The notes below the pieces were generated by a model. That model was not told the DNA's origin. It saw nothing but the letters and a program-made list of their open reading frames with translations, and did not search any database. From an uncultured Chloroflexales bacterium (GTDB lineage: Bacteria; Chloroflexota; Chloroflexia; Chloroflexales; Chloroflexaceae): a DNA stretch of 64,000 nucleotides. The position numbers and the translations under genes are program-made. Of this stretch, positions 30,199 through 38,474 are shown in pieces. The DNA lies in the NCBI GenBank assembly GCA_937918935.1, contig CAKZSI010000050.1, positions 2,736-66,735 of the forward strand, written 5' to 3'. Position 1 is the first letter of the stretch. The number at the start of each line of letters is the position of its first letter.

Positions 30199-30346
30199 TT
30201 TCGCTGCGTGGCCTTCCGGGTTGCCTTTCGCAGGCGGCGCGGAGGGCGCGGCCATCCGCCTCCCCGCGCTCCTCCACCGGCAACACGGGTGTCAACCATC
30301 TGGGAGAGCAACTCCTCCGGACCCGCCCCTCCAGAATGGAACCAGA

Positions 30347-31210
30347 ATGAACCACGAAGCCCTGTCCCCCGAACTGGCCGCCAAAGCGGTGGGTCTACAG
30401 GCGATCCTGCGGGACCTGGGCGGCGCGGTGATCGCCATGTCCGGCGGCGTGGACAGCGCGCTGCTGGTCCACGCGGCGCATGCCGTTCTGGGCGCGCGCG
30501 CCCTGGCCGTCACCGCCGATTCGCCCTCGTTGCCGCGCCGCGAGTTGCGGGAGGCAGAGGAACTGGCGCGCCTGATTGGCGTGCGCCACATGGTCATCCA
30601 GACCGGCGAGGTGGCTGACCCGCGCTACGCGGCCAACCCGAGTAATCGCTGCTACTTTTGCAAAACCGAGCTGTTCACCCGGCTGCGCGCCCTGGCCGAG
30701 CAGTACGGTCTGCCCTGGGTGCTCTACGGCGAGAATCTCGACGATCTGGACGACCACCGTCCGGGGGCGCGGGCGGCGCTGGAGCACGGCGTGTGCGCGC
30801 CGTTGAAAGAGGCCGGCCTGACCAAGGCCGACATCCGCGCCCTGGCGCGCTGGCACGGCCTGCCGGTGTGGGACAAGCCGGCCTTTGCCTGCCTCGGCTC
30901 ACGTTTTCCCTACGGTATGCTGATCACGCCCGCGAAACTGGCGCAGGTGGAGGCGGCGGAGGAGGTCCTGCGCGAGTTGGGGCTGCGGCAGTACCGGGTG
31001 CGGCACCATGGCGATCTGGCGCGGATCGAGGTCGAACCGGCGGATATGCCGCGGCTGGTGAACCGGGCGGTCGAGGTGGTCGAGCGCATCCGCGCGGTGG
31101 CCGGCTTCCGCCACGTGACGCTGGATCTGGCCGGTTACCGGCGCGGGCGTCTGAACCAGAGCCTGGATCTGGCCATCGTGCCAGAACCGGTGCAGCGAGG
31201 CCGAACGTGA
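30347..31210 (+). CDS. larE: ATP-dependent sulfur transferase LarE (PP-loop ATP pyrophosphatase)
   Basis: PP-loop AMSGGVDSALL, NRCYFCKTELF, and ACLGSRFPYG. ATG at 30347. Confidence 0.8.
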   Translation: MNHEALSPELAAKAVGLQAILRDLGGAVIAMSGGVDSALLVHAAHAVLGARALAVTADSPSLPRRELREAEELARLIGVRHMVIQTGEVADPRYAANPSNRCYFCKTELFTRLRALAEQYGLPWVLYGENLDDLDDHRPGARAALEHGVCAPLKEAGLTKADIRALARWHGLPVWDKPAFACLGSRFPYGMLITPAKLAQVEAAEEVLRELGLRQYRVRHHGDLARIEVEPADMPRLVNRAVEVVERIRAVAGFRHVTLDLAGYRRGRLNQSLDLAIVPEPVQRGRT

Positions 31211-32823
31211 GAGCGCCACGGAACCAGCGGCTGGCTGCCGCGAAGCAGGTGGCGGAGCCGGCCCTGAGCCGATGGCCGGCGCGCCTGGCCCGAACCCTGG
31301 CCGGTATGGCCGGCCTGGCGGCGCTGGGCGTGGGGCTCTGGCTGCTGATCACCCCGCGGGCGCCCCTGGCGGGCATTGAACACCTCACCCTGGGCACGAC
31401 ACCGGTCACGGTCTACCAGCCCGCGGGCGCGGGGCCGGCCCCGGCAGTGGTGATCGCCCATGGCTTTGCCGCCTCGCGGCAGATCATGGAGTCGTTCGCG
31501 CTCACGCTGGCGCGCAATGGCTACCTGGCGCTTACCTTCGATTTCCCCGGGCATGGCCAGAACAGTGCGCCGCTTCAGGGCAATCTGGCCGATCGCGAAG
31601 GCCGCTACCGGCAGTTGCGAACGGCGCTCGACGCGGTGGTGGCCCATGCGCGCGAGCAGGGTGATGGACGGGTAGGGCTGGTCGGGCACTCAATGGGCAG
31701 CGAAGCGGTGGTGCGCTACGCGATGGAGCGGCCCGAGATCGCCGCGACGGTCGCGGTCTCGCTGGTCTACGAGGGAACGACGGCCACGCGCCCGGCCAAT
31801 CTGCTGGTGCTCACGGGCGCGCTGGAGGGGGGCCTGCGACCGCTGGCGGAGGCGGTAATCATGGCGGCGGCGGGGCCGGCGGGCGTTCCGGGAGAGACCT
31901 ACGGTGATCTGGCGGCGGGTACGGGGCGGCGGGTGGTGTTCGTGCCGGGGGCCGAGCACATCCGGGTACTGTTTCACCGGGTGAGCATGGCCGAGGCCCT
32001 GGGCTGGTTCCAGGCGGCCATGCCGCTTCCGTCGGCGTCGCCGCCCGGGGCGGGCTTTCTTGACAATCGCCTGCCGGCTCTGGGGTTGGTGTATGCCGGG
32101 GCGGTGTTGCTCTACTGGCCTCTGGCGCAACTGTTGCAGCCCATTGGTCCCATCGGGGGGCAGGCGGCGCCCTTCCCGCGGCGAGGCTGGTGGGCAGTGG
32201 CGCTCGTGCCGGCGCTGCTCGCGCCGCTGCTGCTGCGTTTGATTCCCGCGGGGGATCTGTTGCCCATTCGCGTCGGGGGGCCGCTGGCGCTCTTCTTTGG
32301 CCTCTACGGGTTGCTCACTGCTGCGGGCCTGCCGCTGCTGACCTGGGGGCGGCGCGCGGCGTGGAGCGGCCCAGCGGTCTGGCGGCGCGGCATCCTCATG
32401 GCCGCGGCCGCTGCGTTGCTGGTGGTTGGGTACGTGTTTCTGAGCTTCGGCGTGCCGACCCATCTGTTCGTGCTCAACTACTTCCCGCCGCCCCCGCGCT
32501 GGCCGGTCTTCCTGGCGGTCTTCGCGGCCATGCTGCCCTACTTTCTGGCCGACGAACGCCTGACCCGTGGAGCGGGAGCGCCGTGGGGAGCCTACGCGCT
32601 GACGAAGGTCGCCTTCTTTGGCGGCCTGGTCCTGGCCATCGTTCTCAACCCGCGGGAACTCTTCTTCCTGGTGCTGATCGCCCCGCTCTTCGTGGTCTAC
32701 TTCGTGTTCTACGGCCTCTTGAGCGGTCTGATCCACCGTCGAACCGGCACGGTCGTGGTGGGTGCGCTGGTGAACACGGTGTTGTTCGCCTGGATCGTCG
32801 CGGCGACCTTTCCGTTGACGTAA
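31207..32823 (+). CDS. Alpha/beta-hydrolase domain fused to a polytopic membrane domain
   Basis: N-terminal TM, AHGFAASRQ, and the nucleophile elbow GHSMGS, then about 250 aa of hydrophobic helices. The GTG at 31207 overlaps the larE stop (GTGA). An alternative ATG lies at 31306. Confidence 0.6.
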   Translation: MRAPRNQRLAAAKQVAEPALSRWPARLARTLAGMAGLAALGVGLWLLITPRAPLAGIEHLTLGTTPVTVYQPAGAGPAPAVVIAHGFAASRQIMESFALTLARNGYLALTFDFPGHGQNSAPLQGNLADREGRYRQLRTALDAVVAHAREQGDGRVGLVGHSMGSEAVVRYAMERPEIAATVAVSLVYEGTTATRPANLLVLTGALEGGLRPLAEAVIMAAAGPAGVPGETYGDLAAGTGRRVVFVPGAEHIRVLFHRVSMAEALGWFQAAMPLPSASPPGAGFLDNRLPALGLVYAGAVLLYWPLAQLLQPIGPIGGQAAPFPRRGWWAVALVPALLAPLLLRLIPAGDLLPIRVGGPLALFFGLYGLLTAAGLPLLTWGRRAAWSGPAVWRRGILMAAAAALLVVGYVFLSFGVPTHLFVLNYFPPPPRWPVFLAVFAAMLPYFLADERLTRGAGAPWGAYALTKVAFFGGLVLAIVLNPRELFFLVLIAPLFVVYFVFYGLLSGLIHRRTGTVVVGALVNTVLFAWIVAATFPLT

Positions 32824-32828
32824 GTACA

Positions 32829-32846
32829 GGGCAACCGGGTTTCCCC
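32829..32846. repeat. REP-like half/degenerate copy
   Basis: GGGCAACCGGGTTTCCCC. Confidence 0.6.
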
Positions 32847-33018
32847 AATACCCCGGCCCGGCGGGGCGCGAGGCGCCATTTTCGGTTATACTTGTTTGCT
32901 ACGCTAGGTAAGGGCTTGCTGGCGGGACGGTTCGGGCGGGCTGTGCTTTCCCAGGAGCACTCTTTTTCATCCGGTCATTGTACGGCGAAGCCGCATAGGC
33001 GCCTGACGAGCACCAGGC

Positions 33019-33774
33019 ATGCGTGAGCGCATCTATCGAACCGAAGCGTTGATCCTCCGGCGGAGCGATCTGGGCGAGGCCGACCGGCTGATGTTGCTCG
33101 CCACACCCGGCGGGAAGCGCCGGGTGCTCGCCAGAGGCATCCGCAAGACGACCAGCAAGCTCGCGGGGCACCTGGAACTGTTTACCCGCGCCGGGTTGTT
33201 GCTTGCCATCGGGCGAACCTTCGACATTGTCACCCAGAGCGAGATACGCGACAGCCACACAACGCTGCGCGCAGAGTTGCCCCGCTTGAGTTGCGCCTAC
33301 TATGCCGCCGAGTTGTACGACCGCTTCAGCGAGGAGGATGACGAGCATCCTGAGCTCTATGCAGTGCTGGCGCAGACCTTTGCGGCGCTGGATCGCAGCG
33401 CGAACCCCGACCTCGCGCTGCGCTGGTATGAACTGCGCCTGCTGCACCTGACAGGCTATCGCCCGCAGTTGCACCGCTGCGTAGTCTGCCAGGATCTGTT
33501 GACGGAGACCGCCAGCCGCTTCAGCCCCACGCTCGGCGGGGTGCTCTGCCCGCAGCATGAGGACGCCGACCGTGCGGCGATGACGATGAGCGGCCCAGCC
33601 TTTCGCCTGTTACGCTACCTGCAAAGCCAGCCCCTTACGGTTATCGAGGGACTCCGGCTCTCACCGGAGGTCCGGAGCGAGGCCGAGAGCTTGCTCCGGG
33701 CCTACCTGCGTCGTCTCCTGGAGCGTGATCTGCGTTCGGTCGCCTTCCTGGACGAGGTACTGCGCATCGAATGA
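33019..33774 (+). CDS. recO: DNA repair protein RecO
   Basis: YRTEALILRRSDLGEADRLMLLATPGGKRRVLARGIRK plus the zinc motif CVVCQ...LCPQH. Confidence 0.85.
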   Translation: MRERIYRTEALILRRSDLGEADRLMLLATPGGKRRVLARGIRKTTSKLAGHLELFTRAGLLLAIGRTFDIVTQSEIRDSHTTLRAELPRLSCAYYAAELYDRFSEEDDEHPELYAVLAQTFAALDRSANPDLALRWYELRLLHLTGYRPQLHRCVVCQDLLTETASRFSPTLGGVLCPQHEDADRAAMTMSGPAFRLLRYLQSQPLTVIEGLRLSPEVRSEAESLLRAYLRRLLERDLRSVAFLDEVLRIE

Positions 33775-33784
33775 GGAGTATCGC

Positions 33785-34474
33785 ATGGCCTACCTTGACC
33801 ATCTGCTCGGTCGCGGGGAGCAGATTCTCTATGTCGCCCGCCAGCATCTCTTCGTCCTGATCGCCAATATCGTGACCGAGCTGGCGCTGATCGCCCTGCT
33901 CGTCGCCGCCGGTGTGGCCTCGCATATGGCCTTCGATACCAGCACGATCACCCTCGGTGGCATCACCGCCAGCAACCTGATCCTGCTGATCTGTATCGGT
34001 ATCAGCGTGGTGGTGCTGGTCAGCGGTTTCCTCGACTTTCTGCGCTGGAACAATACGCACCACGTGGTGACCGACCGACGCCTGCTACAGGTGCAGGGGG
34101 TGTTGAGCAAGCAGGTGAATGACGTGGCGCTGGAGAAGATCAACGAGGTCGTGTTGCACCAGAGTTTCACCGGGCGCCTGCTGAACTTTGGCACGGTTAC
34201 AGTATTTACGGCTTCGGGCGATCCGGGCGCCAATATGCTCGATCGGATCGAGGCGCCGCTGGCCTTCCAACAGGCACTGCTCGAGGCCAGGCGCCAGCTT
34301 GAGCAAAACTACCGCTACTTCGACCGCCTTTATCACGCGGCCCCGGCACCGATCGACTCCGCGCCGGTCGAGGTTCGGCGCACGCTGGAAGAACTGGCCG
34401 CGTTGCGCGATCGGGGCATTCTCTCGATTGACGAGTTCGAGGCTCGCAAGCGTGAATTGTTGAGCAAGGGCTAA
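33785..34474 (+). CDS. Membrane bPH (YdbS/YdbT-like) domain protein with a C-terminal SHOCT domain
   Basis: Two TM helices, then HHVVTDRRLLQVQG...VTVFTASG (bacterial PH). The tail is LAALRDRGILSIDEFEARKRELL (SHOCT). Confidence 0.7.
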   Translation: MAYLDHLLGRGEQILYVARQHLFVLIANIVTELALIALLVAAGVASHMAFDTSTITLGGITASNLILLICIGISVVVLVSGFLDFLRWNNTHHVVTDRRLLQVQGVLSKQVNDVALEKINEVVLHQSFTGRLLNFGTVTVFTASGDPGANMLDRIEAPLAFQQALLEARRQLEQNYRYFDRLYHAAPAPIDSAPVEVRRTLEELAALRDRGILSIDEFEARKRELLSKG

Positions 34475-34552
34475 CGATCCACCGCAGGTGGAGAGCGAGG
34501 GGGCGCCGAGTGTGGTGAGGCGGGGGGGTTGAGACGCAGTACTCCACCGGTA

Positions 34553-34583
34553 GAGTATAAGGAAACCTGGTTTTCCCATACTC
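34553..34583. repeat. REP-like palindrome copy
   Basis: GAGTATAAGGAAACCTGGTTTTCCCATACTC, followed by CTGCCGATGCAGGGG. Confidence 0.8.
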
Positions 34584-34604
34584 CTGCCGATGCAGGGGAA
34601 CTCT

Positions 34605-35432
34605 ATGGACGTCTACGATCGCATCGAACAGGCGCGGGCCAGGATTGCGGAGCGGCTGACGCTCACGCCACGGGTCGGGCTGATCCTCGGCTCGGGGTTG
34701 GGCGCACTGGCCGATGCGCTGGAGCAGGCCGTGGTGGTTCCCTACCGCGACATCCCCGGGTTTCAGCAGCCGAAGGTGGCGGGCCACCGGGGTGAACTGG
34801 CGATGGGGCGGTTGGGCGGGCAGCCCGTGGCCGTGCTTCGGGGGCGCTTTCACTTCTACGAAGGCTACACGATGCAGGAGGTGACCTTCCCGGTGCGTGT
34901 GCTGCGTGCCCTGGGATGTGACACGCTGATCGTGACGAATGCCGCGGGCGGGTTGCGCCCCGACTGGCAGGTGGGCGATATGATGCGCATCAGCGACCAG
35001 ATCTTTCTGCCGGGCATGGCCGGCCACCATCCCCTCATCGGTCCGAACGACGAGCGGCTCGGCCCGCGCTTCCCGGCAATGGTCGGGGCTTTCGACGATG
35101 AACTGGCGGCACTGGCCCGCGTGGTAGCCGCGGAGCAGGGAACGCCGCTGCGTGAAGGGGTATACTGCATGGTCGCGGGGCCGAGTTTCGAGAGCGCGGC
35201 CGAGTTGCGTCTCCTGCGCGCTCTCGGCGCCGACGCGGTGGGGATGTCCACCGCGCCTGAGGTGATTGTGGCCCGTCACGGTGGCATGCGCGTCCTCGGC
35301 CTCTCGCTGATTACCAACCTGGCCCTGCCCGATGGCCCGCCGGCTAACCACGAGGAGGTGCTCGCCGCCGGTGAGCAGGCGCGACCCCGCTTCGCCGCGC
35401 TGATCCAGGGAGTGCTGGCGCGAATGACTTGA
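34605..35432 (+). CDS. punA: Purine nucleoside phosphorylase (PNP/MTAP family I)
   Basis: GLILGSGLG, GHRGELAMGRLGGQPVAVLRGRFHFYEGY, TNAAGGL, and GMSTAPEVIVARH. The ATG at 34605 has an AGGGGA SD. An alternative start lies at 34590. Confidence 0.85.
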   Translation: MDVYDRIEQARARIAERLTLTPRVGLILGSGLGALADALEQAVVVPYRDIPGFQQPKVAGHRGELAMGRLGGQPVAVLRGRFHFYEGYTMQEVTFPVRVLRALGCDTLIVTNAAGGLRPDWQVGDMMRISDQIFLPGMAGHHPLIGPNDERLGPRFPAMVGAFDDELAALARVVAAEQGTPLREGVYCMVAGPSFESAAELRLLRALGADAVGMSTAPEVIVARHGGMRVLGLSLITNLALPDGPPANHEEVLAAGEQARPRFAALIQGVLARMT

Positions 35433-35513
35433 GGTTGGGTGAGGGTGATAGCATCGCTCCACACCTCCATACCTCCACACCTCCACAGAGCTGCCAGGCA
35501 GGGAGATAACCCT

Positions 35514-38393
35514 ATGCGCCCTCTGACCCCCCTTGAACGCATCGAAGCGATGGATGCAGCGGTGCGCGAAAAGCTGGCGATATACTGGATCACCAGCGTT
35601 GAAGAGTTCTACGCCACCGTTCGTTCGCGCAACCAGCAGTATGGCACGGGCGTGCAGGCCCTGGCGGTGGCGCTGGAGCTTCCCGAGGAGCGGGTGCGAA
35701 CGCTGGCCGAGGCGGCCCTGCCGTTGCTGCCAGAAGGTGTCTCTTTCAGTGTGCCGGTCGAACTGGAGGTCGGCGCCGGACTGGTGATTGACGCCTACGA
35801 GGATGTCGAGGTCACGGCGTTCGCCGTGCCCACGGCATTGCCCGATCGGGTCGAACCGCCAGCGCACCTGCCGCCGCCCGGCAATCAGGGGGTGCGCAAT
35901 TCCTGCGTAGCCTTCACCCTGGCCGCACTCTTCCAGGCCCGCAGCGGCGATCCGACCGATCTCTCCGAACAGTTCCTCTACTGGGCCTGCAAGGAGCGCG
36001 ATGGCATACGCGGCGACGTGGGCACCGATCCGCTCGTGGGTGTGCGGGTGTTGCAGGACCTGGGCATCTGCACCGAGGCGACCTGGCCCTACCGTCCCGC
36101 GCCGAGTGACCACACCCGCCCGGGTCACGAGCGTCCGCCCGCACAGGCGTTTGATGAGGCCAGGCTGCGCCGGGTGACAGCATTTCGGAAACTGCCAGCG
36201 AAGGGAGTGCTGCAGATCAAGGAGGCGCTGGCGCAGGGGTGCCCGGTGCTGATTGGCCTGTATATCTGGGAGCACTGGAACGGCTCGTGGCAGGGGCGCA
36301 ACCTGGGGCGCGTGCGCTTTCCGTTGCCTGGCGAGGCGCGGCGAGGCGGCCATGCCATGGCCGTGCTGGGCTACCGTGACGATGTGGATGCGCCTGGGGG
36401 CGGGTACTTCATCGTGCGCAACTCCTGGGGCGTTGACTGGGGTGTTGAGAACTCCGATGGGCCGGGTTACGCCCACGTGCCTTACCGCCTGGTCGCCGAG
36501 AGTGGTCTGGCGGCGATTGCCATTGAGGCCGTCGAACACCCGCGCGCCGTCCCCCGCCCGGCAACCGGCACGCTGGCGCTGGTGGGTGAATCTGGCGCCG
36601 AGGCGTTGTACCGTGAGGCGGTGGCGTTGCGCGCGGACCTCCAGGCGCTTGCGGCGCGCTTCGAGGCCCTGGTTGCGCGTCTGGGGGTGCTGGCCGGGGC
36701 ACGGGGCGGGGCCGAGGCGGCGGCCCGCGGGGTCGTCGCACCCGAGGCGCCGGCCGCGCCGGCAATACTGCCCGCAGCGGTGACGGAAGGCCTCGCCGCT
36801 GGCCCGCTGCTGTTCCTGCGCGGTGACGGCCCCGGCGCGGGCGACGAACTCTACCCCAACGGTCTTTCGCCTGAGGGCGCGCCGTTGCTGCGCATTGACG
36901 CCGCCTCGGCCAGCGAACTGGCCCGCAGCGCCCTCGGCGCCGAGCCGCCCGAGTTGCAGGGCGTCTACAAGGCGAAAAAGGAGGTTGCGGAGACAACCCA
37001 CCTCGGCACGACCCGCGACATTGATCCGCTCGATCTGGCCCAGGCTCGCTGGGCGGTGGTGATCAACGCCACCGAGAGCGCCGAGTTGATCAAGGCAATC
37101 TGGCCGCTGATCGCTCACCGGATGACCCGGATGGGCCTCAGCGCGCCGGCGGTGACCTTCGTGGCTGAAGAGAATGCCGGGGCCTGGGTGAACCGGCACA
37201 CCGACAATGGCAGCAAGAACCTGCGCGAGCACTGGGGCCAGATCCCGCCAGTGCTGACCTACCGCCCCAATGAGCGGGCCGGGCGCTGGCTGGCCCGCCA
37301 CGGGGTGAGCCAGGGTCCAGTCGATCCGCGCCGTGGCGTGCCCTACTACCTGCTGCTGCTCGGTCTGCCTGGCCCGCTCCACGCCAACGATACACGCTTC
37401 ATTCCCTTCACGTTCCAGTACGAACTGGATCTCTTCTGGGCCACCGGGCGGCTCTGCTTCACCGGCGCTGACGGCGATCACCGTCTGGCCGACTACACAA
37501 CCTACGCCGAACGTCTGGCTGGCTTCGAGCAGCGGCCCGACCGGGCCAGCCAGGTGCGCAACGAGATAATCTACTACGCGACCCATCACGATATGGACGT
37601 CGCAACGCGGCGCAGCGCCGAGGAGTTAGTGCGCCCGCTGATCCGCTGGACCGGAGACCCCGCCAATGTGCCGCACAGGGAGGGCTTCGTGGCGCGCCCG
37701 TTCGTGGCGGGCGAAGCCAGCCGGGCGGTGCTGGAGCGGATCGTGCGCGGCGAGGGTGATGGCAAGGCGCCGGCGCTGCTGTTCGCAGCCTGTCACGGCA
37801 TGGGCCTGCCACTAAACGATGCGCGGCTCGTGCTGCACCAGGGCGCCCTGGTGACGCAGGATTGGAACGGTGCGGGCAATGTGCAACGCGAGCACTGGTT
37901 CGCCGGGGAGGACCTGGACGACCAGACCCATCTGGAGGGGACGATGGCGCTGCTCTTTGCCTGTTACGGCGCGGGCTGCCCCGACCGCGACGAGTTCATC
38001 TTCGACGAGACGCGGACGCGCCCCCAGGTGGCCCCCTTCCCGCTGGTTGGCCAGTTGCCGCAACGCCTGCTCCTCAGCGGCGTCCAGGCAGTGATCGGCC
38101 ATGTCGAGCGGGCCTGGACCTACTCGTTCAGCGGAACCGATGGCGCACGCTCGCAAACCCAGGCCTTCGAGGACGTGATCGCCCGGCTGCTGCTGGGCGA
38201 GCCGGTGGGCAACGCCACCGACGACTTCAACATCGTGCAGGGAGCGCGGGCCATGGCGCTCACCGACGAACTGGAAAATATCAAGTTCGGCAAGATCGTG
38301 GACCCGCTGGAACTGGCCCAGCTCTGGGTGGCCCGCAACGACGCCCGCAACTACGCCCTGCTGGGCGACCCGGCGGCGCGATTACCGCGGTGA
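35514..38393 (+). CDS. Large cytoplasmic protein with an N-terminal papain-like (C1) and a C-terminal clan-CD (C25/caspase-like) cysteine peptidase domain
   Basis: NQGVRNSCVAFTLAALF, GGHAMAVLGYRD and FIVRNSWGVDWG (C1 Cys/His/Asn-Trp blocks). PALLFAACHGMG and TMALLFACYGAGC (His/Cys each after a hydrophobic strand). C-terminal NYALLGDPAARL. The ATG at 35514 has a GGGAGA SD. An alternative GTG lies at 35439. Confidence 0.7.
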   Translation: MRPLTPLERIEAMDAAVREKLAIYWITSVEEFYATVRSRNQQYGTGVQALAVALELPEERVRTLAEAALPLLPEGVSFSVPVELEVGAGLVIDAYEDVEVTAFAVPTALPDRVEPPAHLPPPGNQGVRNSCVAFTLAALFQARSGDPTDLSEQFLYWACKERDGIRGDVGTDPLVGVRVLQDLGICTEATWPYRPAPSDHTRPGHERPPAQAFDEARLRRVTAFRKLPAKGVLQIKEALAQGCPVLIGLYIWEHWNGSWQGRNLGRVRFPLPGEARRGGHAMAVLGYRDDVDAPGGGYFIVRNSWGVDWGVENSDGPGYAHVPYRLVAESGLAAIAIEAVEHPRAVPRPATGTLALVGESGAEALYREAVALRADLQALAARFEALVARLGVLAGARGGAEAAARGVVAPEAPAAPAILPAAVTEGLAAGPLLFLRGDGPGAGDELYPNGLSPEGAPLLRIDAASASELARSALGAEPPELQGVYKAKKEVAETTHLGTTRDIDPLDLAQARWAVVINATESAELIKAIWPLIAHRMTRMGLSAPAVTFVAEENAGAWVNRHTDNGSKNLREHWGQIPPVLTYRPNERAGRWLARHGVSQGPVDPRRGVPYYLLLLGLPGPLHANDTRFIPFTFQYELDLFWATGRLCFTGADGDHRLADYTTYAERLAGFEQRPDRASQVRNEIIYYATHHDMDVATRRSAEELVRPLIRWTGDPANVPHREGFVARPFVAGEASRAVLERIVRGEGDGKAPALLFAACHGMGLPLNDARLVLHQGALVTQDWNGAGNVQREHWFAGEDLDDQTHLEGTMALLFACYGAGCPDRDEFIFDETRTRPQVAPFPLVGQLPQRLLLSGVQAVIGHVERAWTYSFSGTDGARSQTQAFEDVIARLLLGEPVGNATDDFNIVQGARAMALTDELENIKFGKIVDPLELAQLWVARNDARNYALLGDPAARLPR

Positions 38394-38416
38394 TCGGTCT
38401 ATCGAGCGGGAATGGC

Positions 38417-38445
38417 GCAGGGGCGAAAGAATCGTTCGCCCCTGC
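38417..38445. terminator. Hairpin between convergent genes (possible bidirectional terminator)
   Basis: 11-bp stem GCAGGGGCGAA / TTCGCCCCTGC with a 7-nt loop. No clear U-tract. Confidence 0.3.
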
Positions 38446-38474
38446 CAATGCCCTTTCGCCTCGGCGACCCCTGT

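Noticed and set aside
34605-35432. Purine nucleoside phosphorylase as a nucleotide-depleting defence effector partnered with the downstream protease
   Set aside because: The protein is full-length, of ordinary size, and has the canonical housekeeping PNP motifs with no extra sensor domain. Adjacency alone is insufficient, so it is kept only as context for the dual-peptidase finding.
34206-37589. 1127-aa ORF on the minus strand (the longest in this part of the window)
   Set aside because: It is antisense to the purine nucleoside phosphorylase and the dual-peptidase gene. Its composition is Arg/Gly/Ala/His/Gln-rich with no motifs, and it runs through a REP element. It is a shadow ORF.
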